Source of the DNA: an uncultured Bacteroidales bacterium
GTDB taxonomy: Bacteria; Bacteroidota; Bacteroidia; Bacteroidales; B18-G4
DNA: 34,936 nucleotides
Direction: 5' to 3'
NCBI GenBank assembly: GCA_964536525.1
Contig: CAZHYA010000002.1
Coordinates: forward strand, 1-34,936
Shown here: positions 26,163 through 34,926 of the stretch, piece by piece
Position numbering within the stretch: the first letter of the stretch is position 1
Layout of the letters: every line of letters begins with the position of its first letter
The notes under the pieces: generated by a model
What the model was told of the DNA's origin: nothing
Databases searched by the model: none
The model's input: the letters and a program-made list of their open reading frames with translations, nothing else
Translations under genes and position numbers: made by a program

Positions 26163-27437
26163 TTAATTTTTTTTCAGTTGCAGGAAGTAGAAGGCCACCA
26201 CCATGGAAAGAAACGCAAATCCAAGGAGCAATCCCACCCAGGGAAGGATGTCGATGATCCCGCCCCCGCGCAGGAAAATGGTATAAAAGCCTTCGATGCC
26301 CCAGTTCAGGGGCGAGATGATGCTGATCTTCTGCATCATGGCCGGCATGGCGAACACGGGCACCCAGATGCCGCCCAGGGCAGCGAAGATGATCACCGAC
26401 ACCGACCCGAATGATGCAGCCTGTTCGTGGGTGCCGGCAATGGCGCCGAGCGCCAGCCCATAGCCCGTGGCAGCCAGGCCGGTGGCCACCACCATCAGGA
26501 GGATCACGAAATAGTGACTCCCGAGCTCAAGCACGGGGAGGCCGAAGAGGGGCAGGATAAAGATGCCCACCAGCAGCATAAGGATGAACTGGATGATGCT
26601 GATCAGCAGGTATACCAGGATCTTGGCCGTGATGGTGATCCAGTATGAGCCGGGCATCAGCCTCAGGCGGAGCATGCTGCCGCTGTTCCGCTCCTTGATG
26701 ATGTTGCCCGTGAGGGGGATCAGGATGAAGAAGATGGCAAACACGGCCCAGGCAGGCACATTATGCTGCACCGAGTTGGGGATCATGGCCGTATATTCGC
26801 TGCCGGCATCCATTTCCCTGAGGCTGATGATGCCTGAGGGCTCGTAAAGGATCTCGGTTTCAGTACCCAGCAGCTCCGTCATCCGCGCCGAAAAGTGATC
26901 GAAGATCATACGGGCCTCTATGCCATAGGTGAGCTTTCCGAGCGCCCCGCGTACGGTTTCTCTGAATGAATGGCTGATGACGGGGTCAAAGACAAGGATG
27001 ACGTCATTCGCTGAAATATCCGGTTCGGGGATGTGCTGTCCTTCCTCTTCCAGGGCTTTGTCGACAAGGTAGGTGGCTTTCGTGCGCAGCTTGCCGCTTG
27101 TGCCTTCCGGCACGATGATGCCGACCTGATATTTTCCCCCGGTCACCAGTGCGATCATGGTTTCCCTGTCGAGGGGCTTGCCGTCGATGGCCTTGTGCAG
27201 TTCGATCATATCCGAATCCAGCAGCCCCTTTTCAATGGCATAGCCTACCGAGTCGCGGTCGTCGTCGATGTAGAGGATCGAAAGCCTGGTCTCGTCGAGC
27301 TTGCGGAAGGTGCTGTCCTGGATCAGGGCCATCACGAAGATGAGTACCATGGGCATGATGAAGATGATGGCCAGGCCGGCCACATCCCTCGAGAGGACGA
27401 GGATCTCTTTTACTATGGAAGTGCGTAGTTTCAGCAT
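26163..27437 (-). CDS. ABC-2 type exporter permease
   Basis: One N-terminal TM helix, a large loop of about 190 aa, then five C-terminal TM helices. This topology is typical of ABC-2 permeases. It starts 3 nt after the ATPase stop. Confidence 0.85.
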   Translation of the reverse strand: MLKLRTSIVKEILVLSRDVAGLAIIFIMPMVLIFVMALIQDSTFRKLDETRLSILYIDDDRDSVGYAIEKGLLDSDMIELHKAIDGKPLDRETMIALVTGGKYQVGIIVPEGTSGKLRTKATYLVDKALEEEGQHIPEPDISANDVILVFDPVISHSFRETVRGALGKLTYGIEARMIFDHFSARMTELLGTETEILYEPSGIISLREMDAGSEYTAMIPNSVQHNVPAWAVFAIFFILIPLTGNIIKERNSGSMLRLRLMPGSYWITITAKILVYLLISIIQFILMLLVGIFILPLFGLPVLELGSHYFVILLMVVATGLAATGYGLALGAIAGTHEQAASFGSVSVIIFAALGGIWVPVFAMPAMMQKISIISPLNWGIEGFYTIFLRGGGIIDILPWVGLLLGFAFLSMVVAFYFLQLKKN

Positions 27438-27440
27438 CTT

Positions 27441-28193
27441 TCAGTCTCTCAGCTTCCTGCCGGTAAGGTGCAGGAAGACGCTTTCAAGGTCCTTATATTC
27501 TTTCTTGCTGCCGATGATCTCCTGTGTATTCCCGCTGATGATCATGCGGCCATGGTCGATGATGGCGACAGAGGTGCACAGCGCTTCGGCTTCCTCAAGG
27601 TAATGCGAGGTGTAGATGATGGTGGTTCCTCTTTTGTTGATCTCCTGCAGAAATTCGAGGATCATATTTCTCGACTGCACATCGACGCCCGTGGTGGGCT
27701 CGTCGAGGATGAGGATCTCGGGCTCATGCATGATGCCTGCCGCCAGGTTGATCCTTCTCTTCATGCCGCCCGAGTAATTTTTTATCTGTTTGTGACCATT
27801 GTGTGCCAGCCCGACCATCTCGAGGCATTCGTCTATCCTTGCTTTCAGTGTCTTGCCCCGCAGCCCGTACATCTCGCCGATAAAACGAAGGTTCTCCCTG
27901 GCGTTGAGGGTTTCGTAGAGCGCAATGTCCTGAGGCACCAGCCCGATCAGGCGGCGGATCTTCCGGTACTTCCTTTCAAGGTTCAGCCCGTTATAACTGA
28001 CCTGCCCCTCGTCGTAGTTCAGCAGTCCGCAGAGGATGTTGATGGTGGTGGTTTTTCCCGCCCCGTTGGGTCCGAGGAGCCCGAAGCGTGCCTGCCGCTC
28101 CACCTCGAGCGACAAGCCGTCGACGGCAGGCACTGCGCTGCCCTTGTAGGTTTTGGTGATGCGGTCGAGTTTTATGACAATGTCGTTTGCCAT
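27441..28193 (-). CDS. ABC transporter ATP-binding protein
   Basis: Walker A GLLGPNGAGKTTT, signature YSGGMKRR, Walker B ILILDEPTTGVD. Confidence 0.95.
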   Translation of the reverse strand: MANDIVIKLDRITKTYKGSAVPAVDGLSLEVERQARFGLLGPNGAGKTTTINILCGLLNYDEGQVSYNGLNLERKYRKIRRLIGLVPQDIALYETLNARENLRFIGEMYGLRGKTLKARIDECLEMVGLAHNGHKQIKNYSGGMKRRINLAAGIMHEPEILILDEPTTGVDVQSRNMILEFLQEINKRGTTIIYTSHYLEEAEALCTSVAIIDHGRMIISGNTQEIIGSKKEYKDLESVFLHLTGRKLRD

Positions 28194-29221
28194 CAGCTTC
28201 TCCTGATCTTAAGCAATTTCCTGAATATCCTCTCTTCACGGTCGGCAATGTCGAGCAGGATATCGGCTGCCGCCGTATATGATTCTGCTGCGCTGCTTCT
28301 GCCCTTGAAGATGCGCCCTGCGATGAGGGCGAACTCACGCCAGCGGTCGCCGGCGGCGGTCATCTCCACAGAGCATTCATGGAGCCAGTCTTCGTTGAGT
28401 TCCCTGGCCGCTTCCTGCAGGAAGGCGGCATAGATGAAACGGAAACCCGCGCCACCGGTACCGATCTCTTCCAGCATCCTCACCACCTGCCCGAGGTAGA
28501 GCGAGGCCTTGCGGTCGCCGAACTTCTGCGGCCATTTCTTCATCCTGCGGGCCATATATCGTATGCCTTTAACGCCAAACAGGGGCACCGGGATGGTGAG
28601 CATCTGCCTGCCGGTCTTGTAGATGCTGGTCCTGATGGCTTTCTGCAGGTCGAAGGATTCAGGGATCCCGGCCATATAATACATCCTGCCTTTGGGAGGG
28701 TAAGTGCCCCTGGCATAAGGCACCAGGGTGAGGTCTTTATACAACAGCGATACCACATCCTCAATCACCGGGTCGCTGATAAGATCGTCGTCGCCTTTGC
28801 GCCCGTAAACCACCAGGTTGTGGGCATTGAAATGAAAGCGGTAAGGGTCGGGGAAATAGGTGAGGTGGTACACTCCCACAAGGCAGCCCGTGGGGATGCC
28901 TCTTTCGAGGGTGGTGTCGAGCATGGCCATGGCCTTGTCGGGATTACGCGAAAATTTATACCGCTTGATCGTGATGCCCAGCCTGTGGCTCACCCGGTTG
29001 AAGATCATTCCGGGGTAAGGCCTGAAAGAGATCACCGGCAGGCCGTTTAGCTTATAAAAGGGCATGTACGAAAAGAATATGCCGGATCCTATGCCGAAGA
29101 CCATGGCTTCGCTAAGATCTATGCCGTTGAATCTGAGGAGGTTGGAGGTAACTCCGTTCTCGCAGTGTGCCGCCTGGTGATGCCTGAAGTCAATACGGAT
29201 ATCCTTCTTATCTTCCTTCAT
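28193..29221 (-). CDS. BtrH N-terminal domain (papain-like Cys) protein
   Basis: N-terminal HHQAAHCENGVTSNLLRFNGIDLSEAMVFGIGSG matches the conserved-Cys region of the butirosin BtrH_N family. Its stop shares one base with the ABC ATPase start (TGATG at 28195-28191). Confidence 0.78.
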   Translation of the reverse strand: MKEDKKDIRIDFRHHQAAHCENGVTSNLLRFNGIDLSEAMVFGIGSGIFFSYMPFYKLNGLPVISFRPYPGMIFNRVSHRLGITIKRYKFSRNPDKAMAMLDTTLERGIPTGCLVGVYHLTYFPDPYRFHFNAHNLVVYGRKGDDDLISDPVIEDVVSLLYKDLTLVPYARGTYPPKGRMYYMAGIPESFDLQKAIRTSIYKTGRQMLTIPVPLFGVKGIRYMARRMKKWPQKFGDRKASLYLGQVVRMLEEIGTGGAGFRFIYAAFLQEAARELNEDWLHECSVEMTAAGDRWREFALIAGRIFKGRSSAAESYTAAADILLDIADREERIFRKLLKIRRS

Positions 29222-29633
29222 TTCCCTGTTCCAGTCTTTTCATGTCGGTTAGCTCTTCTACGCTGGTCTTCAGCGCTTCAGCATATAATTCAAGGGTCTC
29301 ACGGGTGAGGCCTGCAAAGCCCTTCGGCTTCATATGCCTCCTTATTTTTCTTTTCGGGATGTCAGTATACTGCGAAAGTAGTTTAACATCCATGATCCGC
29401 AATTCCATATAGTAGGCCAGGATGCTTTTCCTGCCGGAGAGCACCTCCAGCCGTACGCTTTCCGCTTTCCGGTGAACCTCCTCCCACGCCTTTTTCAGGG
29501 CCGTGTTTTTCGGCGACCAGCCGGTGCTGAGCACGGTCACATAATGGCCATCGGCATCAACAGCATAGCAGAGTTCGCGGAATTTGTCTTCCAGCAGCCC
29601 TTCATTATCCTGTGGTACTTCCTGTTTTTTCAA
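29208..29633 (-). CDS. Hypothetical protein, possible C-terminal helix-turn-helix
   Basis: 141-aa ORF with protein-like composition. The only upstream start is TTG at 29633, and the first ATG is at codon 75. The C-terminal half, ILAYYMELRIMDVKLLSQYTDIPKRKIRRHMKP...LTRETLELYAEALKTSVEEL, resembles an XRE-type HTH. Overlaps the BtrH-like gene by 14 nt. Confidence 0.55.
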   Translation of the reverse strand: MKKQEVPQDNEGLLEDKFRELCYAVDADGHYVTVLSTGWSPKNTALKKAWEEVHRKAESVRLEVLSGRKSILAYYMELRIMDVKLLSQYTDIPKRKIRRHMKPKGFAGLTRETLELYAEALKTSVEELTDMKRLEQGNEGR

Positions 29634-29659
29634 ATGTTGTATTTTTTCTTAACAAGCCA

Positions 29660-30100
29660 TCAGGCTGGTTCCTGTAAAAATATCTTCATTTCGCATTCGG
29701 CAAAAAGTACGCCACCGGCTTCCACTTTTCCGGCCACCACGGTGGCGTTCATGATCTCCGTAAGCACGGTGATCTCCGTTACGATCCTGCTGCCAACGGC
29801 GGGCAGGGCATGGATCCTGAGGTTTTTGATGCCTCCGATCACCCCAACCGGGGGGGCTTTTAACGCTTTTCCGCCGGGCACTGCCCTGGCCGACCAGCCG
29901 GTACGGAGGGCGGCCGTCTGCGCGATGTTCTCGATCAGGCCGGCTTCAATAAGAACACCCTTGTCAACGAAAATGTTCTCAGCCGCTACGGTCAGCGTGC
30001 TCACCGTCCGCTGATCGTCGTGCGACAGCAGGCCGTCGACCATCACCATGGGTGGCTTTTGCGGGAGCAGTTCGTTGATTTCTTCTTTACCGGCTAACAT
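29660..30100 (-). CDS. Hotdog-fold dehydratase/thioester dehydrase family protein (ApeP/ApeI-like)
   Basis: LLPQKPPMVMVDGLL at the N-terminus and ENIAQTAAL are typical of the small hotdog proteins found in aryl-polyene clusters. Confidence 0.78.
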   Translation of the reverse strand: MLAGKEEINELLPQKPPMVMVDGLLSHDDQRTVSTLTVAAENIFVDKGVLIEAGLIENIAQTAALRTGWSARAVPGGKALKAPPVGVIGGIKNLRIHALPAVGSRIVTEITVLTEIMNATVVAGKVEAGGVLFAECEMKIFLQEPA

Positions 30101-30119
30101 GGTTGTAAGTTACCGGCAA

Positions 30120-30127
30120 CAAAGATA
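30120..30127 (-). promoter_or_regulatory. Candidate internal -7 promoter box TATCTTTG
   Basis: The minus strand reads ttagTATCTTTGttg, 20 nt upstream of the ATG at 30100, in a 77-nt gap. Confidence 0.45.
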
Positions 30128-30177
30128 CTAAGTTATCCTGTATTTCTTACACTGCCTGCGGCGTATGGGCCGAAGGG

Positions 30178-31329
30178 TCAGACAACGGTGAAGTAAGCAT
30201 AAACATAGGAGAAACGTGCGCTTTCGGGAACCATGCAGAGGATGGTGTCGCCTTTCTTGATTTTATCGGAATTGAAGAGCTCCTCGAGCATGAAATAAAC
30301 CGACGCCGCCCCCACATTGCCCAGCCTGGTAAGGTTGGTGAACCATTTTTCCTGCGGGATGGGGGTCATCGCCCTGATCAGTTCTTCATCGATGCGGCTT
30401 CTGAAATATTCCGACGAAATATGGGGGAGGAACCAATCGATATCATTGGTATTTATGCCGCGCCGCCTTGCGATCTCAAGAAAATAGGCAGTGCCTTTTG
30501 GCACGATGTGCTTTCCGAGCAGGTCAACGTCCTGGCTCAGCGAGAACAGCGTTTTATTATGAACCTCTTCAGCTTCATATTCTCTCCATCCCGTCAGGCT
30601 TCCGTCATCCATCTTCTCCCCGCCCGCATACATGCACGTTTCAAGCTCGTTGGCAAAGGAGGCGCTTTCGATCCATTCGATCCTCAACGAGTGGCCTACA
30701 CTGTTGGGCTCGGGTGAGAGCAGCGCCGCGCCGGCACCATCGGAGAGCATCCAGCGCAGAAAGTCTTTTTCGAAGGCTACGATGGGTTCCTTTTTGAGTT
30801 CATCCTTCTTATCGGGCTCTTTCCGATAGTTCTTTGCCTGCATCCATGTCGACAACTTCTCCGATCCGGTGCTCACGGCAAAGGCCCTTTCGCCCGAGAG
30901 AACCGAAAGATAAGCATAACGCATGGCATGCATGCCTGAACAGCAGGATCCTGACATGGAAACGATCTCCACGGGCTTGTCGAGCAGCTCACCGTGCACC
31001 ATGGAGGCGTGCGATGGCAGCAGCTGGTCGGGAGAGGTGGTGCCGCAGGCAAGCAGCTCAATGTCGCCGGCACCGAAATCCTTGTCGAACAAACCCCTGA
31101 CAGCCTCCGCCGTGAGCCCGGCATTGCTATGCGTCGACCTTCCCTGCTCATCGAGGGCGTAATACCTGGTCTTGATCTTGTTGTTGCGCAGGATTATGGG
31201 TTTGGCCTTAGAAGGCATCCCTTCAACCAGGCCGAGGAATTTCTCCATCTGGTCGTTGGTCACCGGCTTGTTCGGGAGGAACTTGGACAATCGTGTAATA
31301 TAAACGGTGTCTGGCTTTTTCTTCGTCAT
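30178..31329 (-). CDS. darB: KAS III-type ketosynthase, DarB-like (dialkylresorcinol-forming condensing enzyme)
   Basis: N-terminal VYITRLSKFLPNKPVTNDQMEKFLG. Active-site Cys context SMSGSCCSGMHAMRYA. 383 aa, lying near a DarA-like gene. Confidence 0.82.
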   Translation of the reverse strand: MTKKKPDTVYITRLSKFLPNKPVTNDQMEKFLGLVEGMPSKAKPIILRNNKIKTRYYALDEQGRSTHSNAGLTAEAVRGLFDKDFGAGDIELLACGTTSPDQLLPSHASMVHGELLDKPVEIVSMSGSCCSGMHAMRYAYLSVLSGERAFAVSTGSEKLSTWMQAKNYRKEPDKKDELKKEPIVAFEKDFLRWMLSDGAGAALLSPEPNSVGHSLRIEWIESASFANELETCMYAGGEKMDDGSLTGWREYEAEEVHNKTLFSLSQDVDLLGKHIVPKGTAYFLEIARRRGINTNDIDWFLPHISSEYFRSRIDEELIRAMTPIPQEKWFTNLTRLGNVGAASVYFMLEELFNSDKIKKGDTILCMVPESARFSYVYAYFTVV

Positions 31330-31355
31330 GGCTCCTGCTGGTCGATCTTGCTGCG

Positions 31356-31363
31356 CAAAGATA
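31356..31363 (-). promoter_or_regulatory. Candidate internal -7 promoter box TATCTTTG upstream of darB
   Basis: The minus strand reads aaacTATCTTTGcgc, 27 nt upstream of the ATG at 31329, in a 69-nt gap. Confidence 0.45.
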
Positions 31364-31398
31364 GTTTTTTTCGTAATAATAGTTAAGGAGAATGCATA

Positions 31399-32019
31399 TT
31401 AATGCTCCTTATAAGCCTTAACACCTGCCGGGATAGGAATGTTCAGATGGTTCACCCTGGGAGGGATGGGGCATGAATACCTGTGGTTATAGGCGCAGTA
31501 TGGGTTATAGGCCTTGTTGAAGTCGATGATGATGGTGTTGCCTTCTGGGATCTTCAGGTCGATGAACCGTCCTCCTCCGTAGCTGCTAACCCCGTTGGTA
31601 AGATCTTTGAAAGGCAGGAAGAGATGGTCGCGGAACTCCTCCATCTGGCTAGCCGCCTCACTCTGGTAGATCTCGAGCATATGGTCTTCTCCCTTCAGCG
31701 TGAAATGGGCTTCGCCGTATTTCACATAAACGGGCCGCCGCGGGGTGTTGGTTTCCATCCCGAACGGTTCGGGCGCGGGATTCCTCACGAAACGGGCCCT
31801 GACCATATATTCCTTCGTGACCGGGAAGAACTCAAGGCCGTGAAAGTGAATAAGGTCTTCACTGGTGAGCGGGCTCGTGGCTGAATCGGCAAATTCGCGG
31901 TTGACCTCAGCCCGGTAAATCTCCATGCTTTCCAGATAGGCTTCCTCAAGGGGATCCTTGCAGGAGCTGATGAGCAGCGCCAGCAGTAAGAACAGCGTAA
32001 AGGTTTTTATTTTCATCAT
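31399..32019 (-). CDS. DUF1684 domain lipoprotein
   Basis: MMKIKTFTLFLLLALLISSC lipobox. DUF1684-like motifs FFPV..Y, FTLKGEDHMLEIY, FKDLTNG..SYGGGRF, and NKAYNPYCAYN..YSCPIPP. Confidence 0.78.
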   Translation of the reverse strand: MMKIKTFTLFLLLALLISSCKDPLEEAYLESMEIYRAEVNREFADSATSPLTSEDLIHFHGLEFFPVTKEYMVRARFVRNPAPEPFGMETNTPRRPVYVKYGEAHFTLKGEDHMLEIYQSEAASQMEEFRDHLFLPFKDLTNGVSSYGGGRFIDLKIPEGNTIIIDFNKAYNPYCAYNHRYSCPIPPRVNHLNIPIPAGVKAYKEH

Positions 32020-32029
32020 GTCGTTGGCC

Positions 32030-32950
32030 TCAGGTTTTTGAATAATATTCGACGCTCCTGCGTGTCCTGCCGGGCGTGAGCTTATGGATGACCCACATCA
32101 CGGCGCCCCCGAAAGGCGAGACCAGGTAAATGACCGTGAAAAGGTAGGCGCGGAACATCCTGAGCCTTCCCTCGCGGGCAGGATCGCCCGCCTTGCCTTT
32201 CTTAAGCACGAATTTCGACCAGGGTTTGAACATCATGAATCCCCTCTTTTCGATGCTCATCAGCACGGGGCTGATCTTTACTGCACCTCTGGCCAGCAAC
32301 CTGTCCTGAAGCCCCCCCGGGTTTTCCTCCCTGAACGCATCGCGTATGGCCAGTCCGAATTTCGCCGATGCTGCAATGTCTTTCCTGTCCACCCCGGCTT
32401 CGGGGAAGATCCTGGCATACAGCCCGCTGCCCCTTTTATCGCCTTTCAGCATCCACTTCACGATGGTGACCACGCTCACAAGATTATGGTGCCTGTCGGC
32501 AAGCACGATATTGCCGATGAGCTTGCCCCCCAGCGCGGCGATTCTTTTCCTCACCCTTTCCTGGGCTATGATCCACATGTTACGGCAGCCGAGGATGGTG
32601 ATCACCGGCTTGCCTTTCAGCACCCTGGCGGCTTCTTCCGACTGCAGAAAAGAAGTGAAGGGGATGGAGGCCGACAGGTACCAGGGCTGGTAAGCCAGCA
32701 CCACGAGGTCGAAGTCTTCTTCCGGGTCGAAGCCGAAGGGTTCGAGCCGGCAGGGGATCTCCTGCACCGACTCGGGGAACGCCTGGTAGAATGACATCCC
32801 CGGCCAGGGAAAGGGATAGGCCGGCACAGGCTTCAGCTCTTCAAAGCTGAAGTCGAAATCATCGCTGAGGGGACCACCGATGGCGTCAACGATGTCTTTC
32901 ATCTGACCGCTCTGGGTGTAATAAACGACAAGGGCTTTCTTTCTGCTCAT
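32030..32950 (-). CDS. darA: DarA-like flavodoxin-fold protein (dialkylresorcinol pathway)
   Basis: MSRKKALVVYYTQSGQMKDIVDAI is flavodoxin-like, followed by LVVLAYQPWYLSASIP, ILGCRNMW and a C-terminal hydrophobic tail. The ATG at 32950 gives a classic ATGA overlap with the upstream stop. ATG 32959 is an alternative start. Confidence 0.78.
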   Translation of the reverse strand: MSRKKALVVYYTQSGQMKDIVDAIGGPLSDDFDFSFEELKPVPAYPFPWPGMSFYQAFPESVQEIPCRLEPFGFDPEEDFDLVVLAYQPWYLSASIPFTSFLQSEEAARVLKGKPVITILGCRNMWIIAQERVRKRIAALGGKLIGNIVLADRHHNLVSVVTIVKWMLKGDKRGSGLYARIFPEAGVDRKDIAASAKFGLAIRDAFREENPGGLQDRLLARGAVKISPVLMSIEKRGFMMFKPWSKFVLKKGKAGDPAREGRLRMFRAYLFTVIYLVSPFGGAVMWVIHKLTPGRTRRSVEYYSKT

Positions 32951-34014
32951 AGCCTGCATCTCATTATGGTGTGGCTTACCCCAACATCTTCGATCATTTC
33001 AACGACTTTGAGCCCGGCCTCTTCCACCAGGCGGTGCATGTCGCCCGAATGGTACATGCGGCTGTTGCCGTTGGCGATACAGGTAAAATACAATGAGGTG
33101 GCATGCAGGCAGTAGGTGGAGGCGTCGAACCTTTGTTTGTCCCAAAGCGTTTCCATGATGAAGAGCTCTGCATGTTCATCCATGGCATCGCGGGCATTGC
33201 GCACCAGGCTTACCACCTGCTCCTCGGAGAAGCAGTCGAGGAACTGGCTCATCCATATCACATCATATCCTTTCGGATAGGGTTTTGAAAAGTCGAGCAG
33301 GTTGATGGGGTGTCCGTCGATGCGGTCCTGGAATCCATGCCCGGCAATGTTCTTTTCCGCATCCCTGAGCTGCCCTGGCAGGTCGAGGATGGTGACCTTC
33401 ACCGCATCGTCGTATTCGGCGCATTTGATCGCGAACTTGCCGGTGTTACCCCCCACATCGAGGATCCTTTTGGGCTTGTTGCCAAAAATAACGGGCATCA
33501 CCTGCGGGAAGGAGGTGTCGGAATAGTAATGGTCGAACCCGAACCAGCTCTCACGGAACTTATCGTCCATCTCCGCCAGGGCTTCATACACCGTCGGCCA
33601 GGGGCCGAACTCCCTGTGCAGGCCTGCAGGGGTCCCTTCGCGCACGGCTTCCTGCAGGTGAAAGAATCCCTTGTAGTTCACGTCGTGTGTGAAGTCCATG
33701 TTCACGCGGGTCAGCTGGTCGACGCATACAAAATAGCCGGTCTTGGTCAGAAAATAACGGTCGTCTTTCACCATTACCATTTCCAGGCTGAGGCCGGCCT
33801 CAAGCAACACCAGGGCACCGTATTCGGAAATGCCTGCACTTTCGGCCACCTCCTGCAGGCTGCATCCGTTCTTATGGTTCCTGAGGTATGACAGGATCTT
33901 CAGATCGCGCAAGGCCTTTGCCGCCTGGAACATGATGGGACCGAAGGCGATCTTCTGGGCATCGGTCTTGGCCTGCAGGGCTGATTTTTCGTCGTTTCCG
34001 TAATTTCTTGGCAT
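32947..34014 (-). CDS. Class I SAM-dependent O-methyltransferase (plant/Streptomyces OMT-like, with winged-helix N-domain)
   Basis: N-terminal LKILSYLRNH..CSLQEVAESAGISEYGALVLLEA (wHTH/dimerisation region) and SAM motif ILDVGGNTGKFAI. Confidence 0.85.
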   Translation of the reverse strand: MPRNYGNDEKSALQAKTDAQKIAFGPIMFQAAKALRDLKILSYLRNHKNGCSLQEVAESAGISEYGALVLLEAGLSLEMVMVKDDRYFLTKTGYFVCVDQLTRVNMDFTHDVNYKGFFHLQEAVREGTPAGLHREFGPWPTVYEALAEMDDKFRESWFGFDHYYSDTSFPQVMPVIFGNKPKRILDVGGNTGKFAIKCAEYDDAVKVTILDLPGQLRDAEKNIAGHGFQDRIDGHPINLLDFSKPYPKGYDVIWMSQFLDCFSEEQVVSLVRNARDAMDEHAELFIMETLWDKQRFDASTYCLHATSLYFTCIANGNSRMYHSGDMHRLVEEAGLKVVEMIEDVGVSHTIMRCRL

Positions 34015-34029
34015 GATCAGGCTTTTTGT

Positions 34030-34926
34030 TTATTCATCAGTTTCATCTTCCCAGTACCGGTGGTAGTTGAACCACTGCAAAGGGTAACTGCCGATGATCT
34101 CTTCCATGCGGCAAATATATTCTTTAATCATCGGAAGGAGGTCTTCCTCCCTGATCGAACGCTTATTCGTGGTCTCATAGGTTTTGGGCTCGGAGGCAAA
34201 AAAGTGGTAATGCTTTCGGGTTTCCTTAACTGCAAAGACAAAGCTGACAGGTGCACCGAAGCGGGCAGCCAGGTAGAAGGGCCCTTCGGGGAATCGTGCC
34301 TTGTGCCCCAGAAAACTGTGCGTTATGGTTTTGGTCCCTTCAATGAAGCGGTCGGCATGGATGGCCACGAGCTCCTTATTCTCCAGGGCATGCTTGATGG
34401 CCAGGATATGCGAAAGGTCATCCTTTATCGGGATCACATGGAGATTTTTTTCGGTGAGCACCTCCTCAAGGTAGTTTTTTATCTTCTGGTGCTCCTCATC
34501 GAACATCACGATGTTGAATCGCTTGTTGACCCTGTAGAGGAAGTTGCCGGCGATCTCCCAGCTCCCGATGTGGGCGCTTACGAGCAGGCCGCCATCCTCC
34601 ATGTTGCGCAGGTGCTCCTCACCGTCCCAGTGGTAGGTGAAGCGCTTTCCGAGTCCGCCCATCACAGCCACCTTGTCGATGAGCACCTGCCCGAGCATAT
34701 GGTAATTGCGGTAGACGCTAAGGCGTGCCTTGCAGGCACGGTAGCCGAGCACCTTCCTGAAATAGAAACGGATGTGCCGGTTGCTCCGGTGCGAGAACAG
34801 GAAATAATATAATGAAACAAAGCCAAGCAGGAAATAGGCCGGCCTGAGCCCGAAGGTTTTCAGTATATAAACAAAGATCCGGTAGCCGGTAAGTCCGCCC
34901 CGGGTTTTCCCGTCCCAGGATGACAT
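34030..34926 (-). CDS. LpxL/HtrB-like lysophospholipid (lipid A biosynthesis-type) acyltransferase
   Basis: N-terminal membrane helix, LLVSAHIGSWEIAG (the H-containing motif of the family) and 298 aa. The start is 10 nt from the window edge, so the operon continues to the right. Confidence 0.82.
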   Translation of the reverse strand: MSSWDGKTRGGLTGYRIFVYILKTFGLRPAYFLLGFVSLYYFLFSHRSNRHIRFYFRKVLGYRACKARLSVYRNYHMLGQVLIDKVAVMGGLGKRFTYHWDGEEHLRNMEDGGLLVSAHIGSWEIAGNFLYRVNKRFNIVMFDEEHQKIKNYLEEVLTEKNLHVIPIKDDLSHILAIKHALENKELVAIHADRFIEGTKTITHSFLGHKARFPEGPFYLAARFGAPVSFVFAVKETRKHYHFFASEPKTYETTNKRSIREEDLLPMIKEYICRMEEIIGSYPLQWFNYHRYWEDETDE

